Positions 51,557 through 64,000 of a stretch of 64,000 bases of DNA are shown in pieces. Under the pieces are notes generated by a model. That model saw only the letters and a program-made list of their open reading frames with translations. It did no database searches and was not told the origin of the DNA. Numbering within the stretch: the stretch's first letter is position 1; every line of letters begins with the position of its first letter. This DNA is from Malacoraja senta (taxonomy: Eukaryota). The stretch is taken from positions 27,034,001 through 27,098,000 of the forward strand of contig CM075988.1 of the NCBI GenBank assembly GCA_038087875.1. Reading direction: 5' to 3'. Made by a program: the position numbers and the translations under genes.

Positions 51557-52278
51557 CAAGTACAGGTATATGTCTACACCACGCAATCTGGCCCAAACCT
51601 TCTCCTTGCCTCTCCGCACCTTGAACGGCTGCCTCCTTCAGTTGCCCCCCCCTCTTTGTCTCCTAGTTCTTGTTTCTCTTCCTCTATCTACCGCCCTCCC
51701 TCTCTTTGGTTCTTCTTTCCCCTCTCAGTTTCCCATGGACTTCCTCCATTTACCCCTAAACTCTTGCCTTTCCTAAGTTCCTAACCTTATTCCCCGCTAG
51801 CCAGCTACTTGCTCTCTGGGGTTGGGCCAACCAGCAACCACTGCTTCTTTATTAATATTGTTCCTCCATTACCCTTGCATCACCCACATTACAATCTCAG
51901 CAGCCGCACTACCCAACGCGTGATTTTTAGCTGCCTGTCTGACGCTATGCGCTATGGGTGGTCTCCCAGCCTCTGCTGGTTGGTGGGCCTAGCACAGTGC
52001 TTCCCTCAGATGGACACGGGTTCCTTGTGTGTGTGAGCCTCTCACTTGACTCTCATTGTCACTCAGCGTAAACGATGACCTGATACTCACGCAGCTCCGG
52101 CATCCTACGCTCCTCTTCACTCAAGACCCAAATGTTAATGTCCTTCACTTCCATACAGTCTTTCCCACACCCATCTGTAGAATATTTATTTGAACAAAAG
52201 CAGAAAGATCGTGATTTAAAAAATCCAGTGTTGGTGCTTCTGTTGTTAGTTTTGTCCAGTTTAGTTTAGTGTTGTTAG

Positions 52279-52320
52279 CAAAGATCATAGAGCGTAGAGC
52301 GTAGAGCTCGATGATCTTTG
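52279..52320. mobile_element. 42-bp micro-MITE with 8-bp TSD (hAT- or P-like)
   Basis: TSD gttgttag at 52271-52278 and 52321-52328; TIR caaagatcat(a/c)gagc matches 14/15. Confidence 0.75.
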
Positions 52321-52424
52321 GTTGTTAGTGTGTTACAGTGTCCTGGGCGTCAATCTTCGCTGCTCAAGACACCAGGACAATTCTGGATGGTTGGAAATTC
52401 TTAAGCCCAACCAATAACCTGATG

Positions 52425-52690
52425 ATGCCTCACATCAGTGGTGACCCAGGTTCGATCCCAACCTCAGGTGCTGTCGGTGTGGAGTTTGCATGTTCTCCCT
52501 GTGACCACATGAGTTCACTCTGAGTGCTTTGGTTTCCTCCCACATTCCAAAGACATGTGGGTTCTGTAGATTACCCCTAGTGCGTAGGGTGTCAGCGAGA
52601 AAGTGGGATAACATAGAACTAGTGTGAATGGGTGATCGGTGGTCAGTGTGGACAATGGGCCGAAGGGCCTGTTTCTATGCTATATCTCCA
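52425..52690 (+). mobile_element. HE1-like V-SINE with CR1-derived 3' tail
   Basis: B box ggttcgatccc, V-domain, and tail gggccgaagggcctgtttctatgct. Confidence 0.85.
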
Positions 52691-54449
52691 AATTCTAAGC
52701 TAAATATCACAGTGGAAAAAAGGTGTGTTAGATGAAGGCTTATCTTCCCATTCTGTCCCTGATTTAAAACATCGTGGAACTGGTTTATTCACAGATTGTG
52801 GAATTACTTGAAACTAGCTGTTTATTATTCATCCCTCTTTGTTCCTGACCCAGAGAGACAATTACAAGTCAACCATGTTGGTGGGTCCAGCATCAAACAT
52901 GCACTTGACTAGGTCACGGTAGAAGATTAGTCTTCTCTGCCAGACTCTAAATAGGTTTTTTAACCACAAATTAATAATTTCATGGTTATGATTATTAAGA
53001 ATTTGCTTTTTTAAATTCCAGATTTATTTTATTGTTTAAATTAAACTCTGCAACTGCCACAACGGGATCCAAACTCATTTTTCTAGATCTGTGGTCTGGA
53101 ACCAAGCTGCTGGTCAAGTCTTTTTCTTATCGAGTCCACATCACAAGATTAGAAATTGGTCAGCCAGAGCTGAACACACTTCTCTGCATTTGCATACAAT
53201 GGTGTCTTGCGATTCTTGTGCTTCTTGTGCGTGGTGGTGGACAGATTGGTGGAAGCAGGGCCGCGACGTGAACACTCTTTCCTTGACCCTACTTGTCCAG
53301 TAATGAAACCACTTCTCCTGTAGCTATTGAACAGATGCAGCTGTTTTTGAAATGAGCATCCCACTGTTCCCTGCCCATTACTCTGTGATTTTCTTTTTCC
53401 GTAAGTTATTTAACTAAATCTCTTTTGGAGTCCTAATTCAAAGTGCTTTCACTACCCAGTGCTAATCCTAATGCTAGCCTCATCTTAACCTCATGCAGAC
53501 CAATTACCCTCTGGGGATGAATAAAGTTGATCAAATTGTATCGTATCATATTGCTGTTCATTTTAAACGTGTCCTTTAATAATTAATTACAATTATTATC
53601 TTTATTTAATCCATCTAACCCCTTTGTTTTTGTAAATACCCTTCCCTACTCTAAGCCTCAATGCTGCATTTAGTTCATGCAGTTTTATTCCCTCATGCCT
53701 GAAGAAAACAAAACAAATCAAAATTATGTCATTTAGGATTCTTTGCAATTGTTTGATTTTTTTCCCTTCAACCAGACAATGAGGCCCAGAACAACAAACA
53801 TGTTAACAATATCCTACAAATAAAGGGGATAGAGAGCAAGGGATGAGGGCAGGGAGACATTAATTATACTTTAGACTGTCCACGTCTTCCTGTCCATGAA
53901 AGCCCTGACAGAGAGAAAGAGAAACCTTCAAAAGAGCCATCGTTCATTTGTGCATGCTCATTCTGTATTACAAAGTAGAGCATTATAACCAGGTGCACTG
54001 TTTGTGAAGGGCATCATCAAAGGCAAGCTGAAATGTAGTTAAGACTGGGTTTCAGGAGACAAAGCATAATTTTACTTTTAAATAAAGATATTACAGACGA
54101 GAGCTTTACAGCTCCTCATTGTGAATTTGCATCAATTGAAGGCAGTTTAGGTCCATTTATTTGACTTACTTATTCCAGGGTGATCATCTTTTTATCTGCA
54201 TTTTTGTCTTGTCTATCTGTGCTAATACAGCCCAAATCATTTAATTGAACATACTAGGGTAATGCCAGGTATATTGACACGATAGTTAGGCTGATGTCTA
54301 TCTGTTTTTATTAACCCAGTTTTCTTCTGCTGACTCGCTAATGTTCAGACCTTTATAGTTAGGCAACGTTACATTGCCACAGAATATGGAGTATTGTATT
54401 AATAGGCCATTCAGTCCAGCTGGTTTATGCCAGCATTTATGCTTTATTT

Positions 54450-54840
54450 GACAGGATGGAAGTAAAACTGTTGTTCCCTGGGTTGGGGTGTCGATAACTA
54501 GAGATCACAGCCTCAAAATAATTGGGCAGGAATTTGGGATTGTGGTAAGAAGGCGTCTCTTCACCCAGATGGTAGTGAATCTTTGGAATGTTTCATCCAA
54601 GAGGAATGTAGAGGCTCAATTAGAAACATAGAAACATAGAAAATAGGTGCAGGAGGAGGCCATTCGGCCCTTCGAGAATTACAGAAGAAATTCAAGACAG
54701 ACGTTGATAGATCTTTGAATGTTAAACGGTATGAGGCCTGTTCAGGAATACGGTAATGAGGGGAAAGATTACCCATCATCATGAACAGTAGAGCAGATGC
54801 AGAGGGGCCGAATGGCCTAATGTTGCTTCTTATATTCCCC
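54450..54840 (+). mobile_element. Old CR1 3' fragment interrupted by a ~55-bp young CR1 tail (54622-54676, minus strand)
   Basis: Insert gaaacatagaaacatagaaaataggtgcagg...cttcgag is flanked by aatta on both sides. Confidence 0.75.
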
Positions 54841-56955
54841 AGACTGCAGCATTGCGGATGCACCTTTTCTAGAAAGAGAGCAGAGGTTCACAAAATGTGG
54901 ATCATGGCAGTTTAGAGGGCAGATAGAGACAATAAGAGGGCAGACAGAGACAGATAATCAATGCTGGTCTTGGAAAGTAAGTAGATGTAAATAGATGGAC
55001 AGAATAACAAGAAATGCAATTAACAGCCTCCAGTAATGCCCACCATGCCTGAAACAGTATGGCATACAGTAGGGAACTAACAAAGTAATTCCACAATCAG
55101 CACTAATTGCAATTATTTAAGAGCCTTCTAAGATAGCAATGGAGAGGGCAATGATGTTTTGATGTCCAAAAAAAGATACGGGCAAATGTTTGTCTTAATG
55201 ACTTATTGAGCTGTATTTCCAATATCACAGCGATGACTGAACCAAATAAACTACTTAATAAGCTCTGAAGCCACGAATGACATTACATCTCGTGCCCTTT
55301 CATTAATACTTAACCTGATTATTTGTGGTGAAATCTGGGAGCTGGATTGAAGTCTACAACCTCTGACATGCGAACGTATCCAAGGTCAGAAACGAGAAAG
55401 AATCTGGGGCAGAGATAATAACTTCAGTGATAATAAAAGAGCCTGTTGTCCCAAACCCTTTATTCCCTGTTTAAATGTTAAATCTGATCATCTCCATATT
55501 AAGATGTAATTTCTACAGTAAATAAACATGAATCTGCATGAATGTTGCCGTTTAGTGTTTGCTGGATGCGAGGCAGATTGCTGCTTCGTATGTGTGGGAG
55601 GAGGTGGTCCACCAAGAAGCAGCAACTGATTCCTAATGCACAGCCTGGACATTCATTTACATAAGTTAATTGAAGCATCTTCCTACCAACAAGCTGTGGT
55701 AACACTGGCTCACGAGGCAGAACTCTGTTCAGACCAAGGCACCATTAAGCAGAATTGAATGAATGACAGCAGAAAGCAGATGTTGGTTTGGTGTTGCAAC
55801 ATGCCTAGACTTTGGTCACAGCTGAGTTCATCAGAAAACTCTTGTGATCAAATCTTTCTTTGATTTCACCCTTCCTTCCCCATTTCCATAACTCTACATT
55901 TCAAGGTTTAAAGCATACTGCCATTATCACAGCTATCTCCTTCGGTTACTGCCTTCTTGTTTACTGGTGCAGACAGGAAAATAAATGACACAATCTAATA
56001 TAAACAGTATCACTATGAACACTGTGATAGGTTTCGATTAGATTCCCAAACAGAGTGGGGTGGTTGTACACTCGCTACATTGGAGATCCAGGAACCTGGA
56101 CAACTTTTTGGAAACTTGAGTTTAAATGTCATCAGTGCAGCTGTACAGTTTAAAGCAACCTATCTGGAAGTTGGGAAATTTGCAATGCCTCTCATAGTAA
56201 CGATGATATGAAGATTCCAGATTATTCACGGGAGGAAAGCTGCCATTGTGTCCAGTGTGTGTGTGGCCACAGACACATCCCCTGTGGTTCACTCTTCTAT
56301 GGTCTCACAAGTCACTCAGCTACACCTGTCACACCACTGTTATAGAGTCATAGACCTCATAGCCGTTCTGGAGCGGCATTAAATGCTGGCTTCATCAGCA
56401 ATGGCCAGATCCACACGAATTTTAAAAAATTACTGCTGAATGATTCTTCATTCATTATACCATCATATCAACCATCAGAATGCCACTGTATCTGGTCACG
56501 GCAACAAAATGGCTGATGTTCTCAAGACCTACTGACATAAGGAGCAGGAAGCAATTCCTCATTCCTGGGAGTGAGTCTGCTGTTCAGATGCTAGTCTGTT
56601 TCCTCACTACATTCACTGTCTACAACTCGAAACACAAAACTAATGCTGGAACATTGAAATATGAACAGGAAATACGCAGCAGGTCAGGCAGTATCTGCTA
56701 AGAGGGAATCTGATTTTAAAAAATGTATATTCTCACCTTACGGAAAGCCCTGTTCCCAGGCCACTGAGACTGACAGAGGAGCAACTAGGAAGTTTCAGAA
56801 CACCAGGTCTGTCTGGAACATATGAGGACCAGTCATAAACAATAGAAGGAGTCTTCCCACCTCTCCCACTCCATTCTCCACCTGCCTCTCCTCAGGCAGA
56901 GTCTGCAGGAAAGCACTGTAAACAAACCATCCCTCATCCCTAGGGTGGGCCAAGA

Positions 56956-57125
56956 TCATAGTCATAAGGGATAGGAGTAGAATTAGGCCATTTGGCCCAT
57001 CAAGTCTACTCTACCATTCAATCTTGGCTGATCTATCTCTCCCTCCTAACCCCATTCTCCTGCCTTCTCCCCATAACCTCTGACACCCATACTAATCAAG
57101 AATCTATCTATCTCTGCCTTAAAAA
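56956..57125 (-). mobile_element. CR1 3' end (same family as 11500-11732)
   Basis: Resembles the reverse complement of 11548-11730. Confidence 0.8.
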
Positions 57126-57354
57126 AAAGATGTGGATTAAGCAGGGATCTCTTGCAACGTAGTCATCTATTTTGCATTTATTCTCTTTAATGTACAGGAG
57201 GCAGTTTTAAGAGGTGGAGGTACAGTATGATCAGTATGAACTGATCTTTGTAGCTCACAACACTCAACAAAACATAACCTGCCCATCCCCAGTTTCGACA
57301 TTTTCAATTGAATTTGTTCCCCAAACTGAACAGAAAATTGGCACCATCTTGGTC

Positions 57355-57752
57355 CCCTCACGCTGCTTCAGCAAGGCCAACAGCATAATCAAGGACGGGT
57401 CTCATTCCGGTCACTCAGTCTTCTCCCCTCTCCCATCAGGCAAGAGGTACAGATGTGTGAAAACACACACCTCCAGATCCAGGGACAGTTTCCCCCAGAT
57501 GTTATCAGGCAACTGAACCATCCTACCATAACTAGAGAGCAGTCCTCATCTATTTTGTATCTCATTAGAGATCTTCAGACTATCTTTAATCAGAATTTAC
57601 TGGACTTTTTCTTGCACTAAACATTATTCTCTTTAACCTGTATCTGTACACTGTGGATGACACGGTTGTAATCATGTCTAGTCTTTCTGCTGACTGGATA
57701 GCATGCAACAAAAAGCTTTTCACTGTACTTCAGTACACATGACAATAAACTT
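57355..57752 (+). mobile_element. Rex1/Babar-like LINE 3' fragment
   Basis: KANSIIKDGSHSGHSVFSPLPSGKRYR..KTHTSRSRDSF, followed by a 3' UTR ending gacaataaac. Confidence 0.75.
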
Positions 57753-57859
57753 AATGTCCAACACATGTCCAACACATGTCCAATCAATTTAATTTACCAC
57801 TGGGGGACTCCAAACAAGTTATCTCGAGGATAATCTATGGAAACAGGATGAACATAACC

Positions 57860-58097
57860 TCAATTTTGAGTGCCATAGCAAAGGGTCTGAATACTTATGT
57901 AAATGTGATATTTCAGTTATTTATTTTTAATTACTTTGCAAAAATTTCTCAACACCTGTTTTCACTTTTTTATTATGGGGTATTGTGTGTAGATTGATGA
58001 TTAAAAAAAAAGAATTGAATCCATTTTAGGATAAGGCTGTAACATAACAAAATGTGGAAAAATTGAAGGGGTCTGAATACGTTCCGAATGCACTGTA
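57860..58097 (+). mobile_element. Solo Tc1/mariner IR/DR-type terminal repeat
   Basis: Two direct repeats of gggtctgaatac (~57883 and ~58069); ends ...atgcactg followed by TA. Confidence 0.75.
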
Positions 58098-58344
58098 CAT
58101 TAGCAGATTTCCCATAATCAATAGCAGCTATTCGCTATATTTAATCAAAGAGTCTCTGTCAGCAAGATGAGTCCATGTCTAGGGGTTGTCTAGGTCCACA
58201 CGTGGAGGCAATTGGAGGTAGCAGGGAGGTGGCCAGACATGCTAATGAGTGTAATGTGTTCTGAGTGATGCTCGTGTTCTCCCATCGTAAGGCAGGTTAG
58301 TTTCATCCAATAGTAATTGTATTCTGTATGAGAGTGGGTAGTGC

Positions 58345-58525
58345 AATGGCACAGTGGCTGGAGCCATTGGCTCACAACGCCAGAGATCCAGGTTCAATCC
58401 TGACCTCCAGAGTTATTGGTGGAGTTCAGCTTCCTTTGCCTGCGTGAGTTCTAGGTGCTCCTGTGTCTTCTCAAAAAACATATGGGTTGGCAGGTTTACG
58501 GCCACTGTTTCTGATGGCAATTTTA
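58345..58525 (+). mobile_element. Degraded V-SINE
   Basis: ggcacagtggc...ctcacaacgccagaga..ggttcaatcctgacct..gtggagtt. Confidence 0.65.
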
Positions 58526-60606
58526 GGGGAAGGTGAGAACACCATTATTCCCACTTGATACATGGAGAACACAGCTGAAAAATGGTTCAAAATGTGGGAA
58601 TGAAAATAGCAAGCTATCAATAGTAGCTGATAGTGACTGATTCTTTCCATTCTCCCCCACTGCTGACTGCACTAAAGTTGAGGATAAGAAATTGAATACG
58701 TGAATGCTGTGCAACGAATATTAGACACAAGCACAGGCCATGCATACATTTGAATAATTAATTTCAATCACACAATGGTCAAATACAAAATCATTCAGTC
58801 ATATGGTTTTGGGTGAAGTCTTCAAACCGTGCTGTTCCTGAGTGGATTGAAATTATGTTCTTTCTTCCTCCCTATTTGTATTTAAATTTAAAGCAGTTTT
58901 GAAATAACAAGTTTAAATCTGATTTGACACAAACCTGTCCCATCTAGAAGAGGATTATGTCGATCAGTCTGGCAGAATGTCTCCCAGAGAAATAACAAGG
59001 ACTTCATGTGCTCTTTTGGATTTGCCTTAATGAAGTTATTTGCCAAGTATACTATGGGCAGAAAATCAGATAGGTCACCATCAACATAACCATGAATTTA
59101 GCATCTGTGTACAATGCAAATATGTACTACGGTGAAGTCATGAAAATTGTACATAAAGTTCTGTAGAACAGCTTCTTATATCATCAATAACTTCCAAACC
59201 AAAGGATGAGAGAACAAACCAAAAAGGCATTGAAAGCAATTGTTGGAAGGGGTTAAAACACAACTGTAAAATGTTCCATTTGGGCTCCGGCACAATTGAG
59301 CTTAAATGGTCAAACGAGCACAAAGGATAAAAGAATTGTAAAGGTTAAAAAAATGTTGTTCAGTGGAAAGGAAGTATGTGTGATCTTTCATCCCAGTTTA
59401 AAAAAAGCTTGCACACGAATATAATGAACACTGGCAATGTTCACTAATTGAGCTCCATTGAGTATTTTAAAGAAAAAAAGACACAAGCCATATGGGTCCA
59501 TTAGAAAAGCATTTTCATTATTAATTACTGAGGAACTGACTGCAACTTCACAAGTGGAATTGTTTCTGTATAATTTAGTATTCTTAATTACTGAAAAATG
59601 GTGACAGGTTAAATCTACATTAACACAATTGCAGGTTAGAAGTTTAAATAAATCAAGGGATATCTTTTAATACAAAATCCTTTGCTATTCTAAAATTCTG
59701 GCTGCTTCTTGGGAGATTATATATTGACTAAAATGTAAATGAATTTGTACAAAGTAGACCTGTCCAGAACACAAACACAATTGCCACCTGCAAGACTAAT
59801 TGAGCTCAGGAGGTAAATTATTGGCCAATGCATTGCAAAGATATTGCTCTATTTTCCACTGAAAGGTGATTATTAAAGACAGAACAATACTAACAGTCAA
59901 TAAGGCCTCGAGCTAGAGGTAAATCAAAAACAAAATATTAAACAATGCCTTTTTAATTTAAAAAGCAGAGCTCTGTGTGCAAGGAGGTTCAAAGCAGTGA
60001 GTAAGCGTGCTTTAAACTGCATGATAAGAATTTGATAAATTCCTTATCCTCTCTGGTGCATTTCCCTCCTTGCTTGTAAATAAAATGCATATGGATCTAT
60101 TGATAATTTAGTTCCAGCATCAGAGAAGTGGAACGGCCTGAAGCTTTATGTCTGGCAAGAAAATGTTGATAAGAAATCAATGAGTCATAATTAAAATGTT
60201 CTTTCTGATGATGATGAGCCCACAGTTGCACAGAAGAAAGGCAACGTCACTATTACCACGCTCTGCTCGGTCATTCGTTCTGCATTTGTTGCACTGATTT
60301 GAAATTAAACATATAAGCAATTGGTACATAATCTGCAGTTTAATCTACCTACAATCTATGCTGCATAGATCTGTAATCTATGTTCTGTTTATCTCAAATG
60401 AAAGGGTTTGTGATTCACTTGGGCAACAGCTTGGTGATGATACTCTACGGATGAGCATTGAGATCAGCTCCTCACCTAGGGCAGTGCAGTAGTTTATCCA
60501 TGGTGTGGCCGTGCTGGGGCAGTAACCAGTTTCCTGTTGTGTCTTTGCACCACAGATTCACAAAGAGTTTACAGATTCCATCTATGAACATGCACAGAGT
60601 TAAGAG

Positions 60607-61977
60607 CACCTAAAAAGGCAAGGATTACTGGTCGTAATGACTACAGGCTTGTCGCACTGACCTCTGTAGTCATGAAGACACTTGAAAGGCTTGTGCTGGC
60701 CAAGCTGAAAAATATCACAAACCCCCTGCTGGACCCTCTGCAGTTTGCATATTAGGCCAATAGATCTGTGGATGATGCAGTCAACCTGGGCCTGCACTTC
60801 ATCCTCCAGCATCTAGACCACCAGGGGACCTATGCAAGGATTTTGTTTGTTGATTTTAGCTCTGCATTCAACACCATTGTGCCAGAGTTACTACACTCCA
60901 ACCTCTCCAAGTTGACTGTGCCAGAACCCCTCTGTCGGTGAATCACCAACTTCCTGACAGACAGGAAGCAGCTTGTGAGGCTGGGAAAGCACATCTCGGA
61001 TCTGCAGACGCTCAGCATAGGAGCACCGCAAGGCTGCGTACTCTCCCCTCTCCTCTACTCTCTCTACACCAACGACTGTACCTCCACTGACTCCTCTGTC
61101 AAGCTTCTCAAGTTTGCGGACAACACAACCCTGATTGGACTGATCCAGGATGGGGAGGAATCTGCCTACAGACAGGAAGTGACACAGCTGGCATCCTGGT
61201 GCCATCGCAACAACCTGGAGCTCAATGCTCTTAAGACAGTGGAATTGATTGTAGACCTTAGGAGAGCCTCCCCTCCCCTCACCCCACTCACCATCAACAA
61301 CATCACAGTCACATCTATGGAGTCTTTTAAGTTCCTGGGAATCATCAACTCCAAGGACCTTAAATGGGGGGCTACCATCGACAGTCAAAAAGGCACAACA
61401 GAGGATGTACTTCCTGCGGCAGCTGAGGAAGCACAATCTGCCACAAGCAATGATGGTCCAATTCTATACGGCCATCGTAGAGTCTGTTCTCACCTTCTCC
61501 ATCACCCCTCCTACATCAGCCACAAAACACGATATCCGGAGGCTGCAGCGAATCGTCCAATCAGCTGAGAAGGTTATTGGCTGTAACCTTCCCTCCATTG
61601 TTGAACTGTACACTGCAAGGGCCAGGAAGCGAGCAGGTAAGATCATCTCTGACCCCTCTCACCCTGGCCACAAACTCTTTGAATCACTTCCTTCTGGAAG
61701 GCGACTCCGGACTGTCAAAGCTGCCACAGCCAGACATAAAAACAGCTTTTTTCCCACGAGTAGTAGCTCTACTCAATAACCAAAAATCTGTAGCCTCCTT
61801 TGGTCTGGTATTTTATTTAAATCACATGTTTAATCGATAATGTTTTATTATTAATGTTTAATGTTTTATGTGTCATTCCTAACTGTCACTGTATGCCATG
61901 TTGTCACTTGCGGGCAGAGCACCAAGGCAAATTCCTTGTATGTGAATACTTGGCCAATAAACTTATTCATTCATTCA
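60607..61977 (+). mobile_element. Rex1/Babar-clade LINE, 5'-truncated and decayed, with (TTCA)n tail
   Basis: NDYRLVALTSVVMK, LDPLQFAY, ILFVDFSSAFNTI, GAPQGCVLSPLLYSLYTNDC, KFADNT and SHPGHKLF..LPSGRR. Confidence 0.9.
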
Positions 61978-62994
61978 CCATACACGGTGCTGCAATCTGG
62001 GGATATCTTGCCCAAGTCAGGGTCTCCCAGCTGCTCTTGGTACTTTAGCAACTATCTATAGATGGTCGTCCATGGGGAATCAATCTGGTCATGAGGCAAC
62101 AAGGGCCTTTTCCTGCAGAGAAGCTGCTGCTTGTCAGCAGAGTGGAGGGAGGCTACTGACTCCTTCAGAGGGGCATTTCCATTGTGGACAGACAAACTCC
62201 AGAGTAAGGGTCCTTCTAAACAAGACAAAGCACAACCTGAGTGCAACGCGACATTACCTCCCACATCTCCACCACAGCCCCTCCTCATTCAGCAATAACC
62301 TCCAATGCACAATCCCCCAGCTACATTTTGAAAGGTCTTGCAATAGAATCTGCACTTTCTTGTGAGTGGCACCTCATTAAAACATTAGCTTCTACACACA
62401 ATGAACCTTGAGCAGGTCATCTCCCTTCTCGAAGGCATCATCACTTTCCTCACTCCTCAGCCCTTTGCATGGCTTCTAATCATTGATGTTGAATCATCAC
62501 CATTTCATCCGTGGCAGCTGAGTGTAATGTACAAGGCAGCGATGATCAGATTGACATTCTGCGGGAGCAGAGAGGCACCCAGGGCATTCCAGTTCAAGCC
62601 AGTAATTTGCACAATCAAATCACAATGAGAAATCCCACATGAGACTCCAATCAAGGTCCTTTTAAATCTTTGCAACAATTGGCCATTTCAAGTTGCATAA
62701 TGGGCTACTTGTTCGACCGCTCCCAGAGACACTCCTCAATGTGACCTGATCAAATAGTATCACACTTCCCTGCAAAACGCAGCACTTATGCCCTCTCTGC
62801 TCGCCTGTCACTTTCCAAACCCTCAAATAAAAAGGGCAGGGTCTCTGCACAAAGAATACAATGCAGCCAATTTTAGTCTTCGAATCATAGAGAGATATAG
62901 CACAGAATCATGGTCTTAAGCCCACTGAGTCCATGCTAACCTTCTAGTATCTATTTCTAATCAAAATCATTTCTAATTTAACACATTTTATTAT

Positions 62995-63790
62995 AGTCAT
63001 ACAGCATGGAAGCAAGCCCATCAGCCCAACTTGCCCACATCGACCAACATGTTCCAGCTACACTAATCCTACCTGCCTGTATTTGGCCCATATCCCTCTA
63101 AACCGTCCTATCCATGTACCTGTCTAAATGTTTCTTAAATGTTGTGATACTACCTGCATCAACTACCTCCTCTGGCAGAAGAAGGGGTTCGGCCCGAAAC
63201 GTTGCCTATCTCCTTCGCTCCATAGATGCTGCTGCACCCGCTGAGTTTCTCCAGCATTTTTGTGTACCTTCCTCCTCTGGCAGCTCGTTCCATTCACTCA
63301 CCAACCTTTGTGTTAAAAAGTTACCCCTCAGGTTCCTATTAAATCTTTCCCCTCTCACCTTAAACCTATATCCACTGGTTCTCGATTCCCCTACTCTGGG
63401 CAAGAGACTGTGCATTTACCTGATCTATTGTTCTCACGATTTTGTACACTTCTATACGATCACCTCTCATCCTCCTGCGTTCCAAGGAATAAAGTACTTG
63501 GTTGCTCCACTGCTCCCTAGAGCTCAGTAAATCTCTGCACCTTTCCAGCTTGACAATATCTTTCCTATGACATGGTGCTCAGAACTGAACACAATACCCT
63601 AAATGTGGTATCACTGATGTCGTATATAACTGCAACATGACCTCCCAACTTCTAGACTCAGTACTCTGACTGATGAAGGCCAATGTGCCGAAAGCCTTTT
63701 TGACCACCCTTTCTACCTGCGACACCACTTTCAAGGAACTATGAACCTGCACTCCTTGACCTCTGCTCTACAACCCTCCCCAGGAGTCCG
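62995..63790 (-). mobile_element. Older CR1 3' portion
   Basis: LPRVGESRTSGYRFKVRGERFNRNLRGNF..QR..EWNELPEE plus a CR1 3' UTR. Confidence 0.85.
63179..63270 (+). mobile_element. 92-bp Penelope 3'-end mini-insertion in a CR1, 13-bp TSD
   Basis: Nearly identical to 16697-16787; TSD cctcctctggcag at 63166-63178 and 63271-63283. Confidence 0.92.
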
Positions 63791-64000
63791 ACCATTCACG
63801 GTCTGTGGCAATGAATTCCATAGATTCACCACCCTCTGGCTAAAGAAATTCCTGCTCATCCTCAGTCATGACCATCATGGATGCATTCTGGGACTGTAGG
63901 CATGTGTACACCCTGACCTGTCCCCATCAAAACTAGGTTCATTTGTCTTCCTGCCAGCCTATGACCTGCTGGTGACCCCCCATCTCTCCGACCCATGTCT

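Noticed and set aside
51557..52180. Pyrimidine-rich sequence after Penelope copy 3 as an exon or 3' transduction
   Set aside because: No TSD, no credible ORF and no splice pair; origin unresolved.

Overview
Repeat-rich vertebrate genomic DNA, most likely from a cartilaginous fish (skate, ray or shark). This is inferred from HE1-like V-SINEs and CR1/HER1-like LINEs that share 3' tails. Nearly all long ORFs are transposon-derived. The best host-gene signal is a CpG-enriched probable first exon at ~13.5-13.8 kb (+). It encodes a signal peptide (MQSESRWILVILCLCQM-G) followed by a GTGAGT donor, so the rest of the window is probably one large intron. Main structures: (1) a complete DIRS1-type tyrosine-recombinase retrotransposon (21174-32609, -) with near-perfect ITR/ICR termini but decayed ORFs; (2) a full-length L1 (25198-31814, -) nested in it, with a 15-bp TSD, one frameshift from intact and a 1.2-kb inter-ORF spacer containing a duplicated hairpin; (3) three young Penelope-like (RT+GIY-YIG) copies plus a 92-bp mini-copy, whose 3' ends carry a minimal hammerhead-ribozyme core; (4) short palindromic non-autonomous elements built from an inverted duplication of a related hammerhead-bearing end. 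Also present: many CR1 copies, Rex1/Babar, L2 and RTE fragments, a Harbinger-type MITE, a 42-bp micro-MITE, a Tc1 end, long microsatellites and a 200-N gap. All calls come from reading the sequence by eye; no database searches were run, and boundaries of degraded repeats are approximate.
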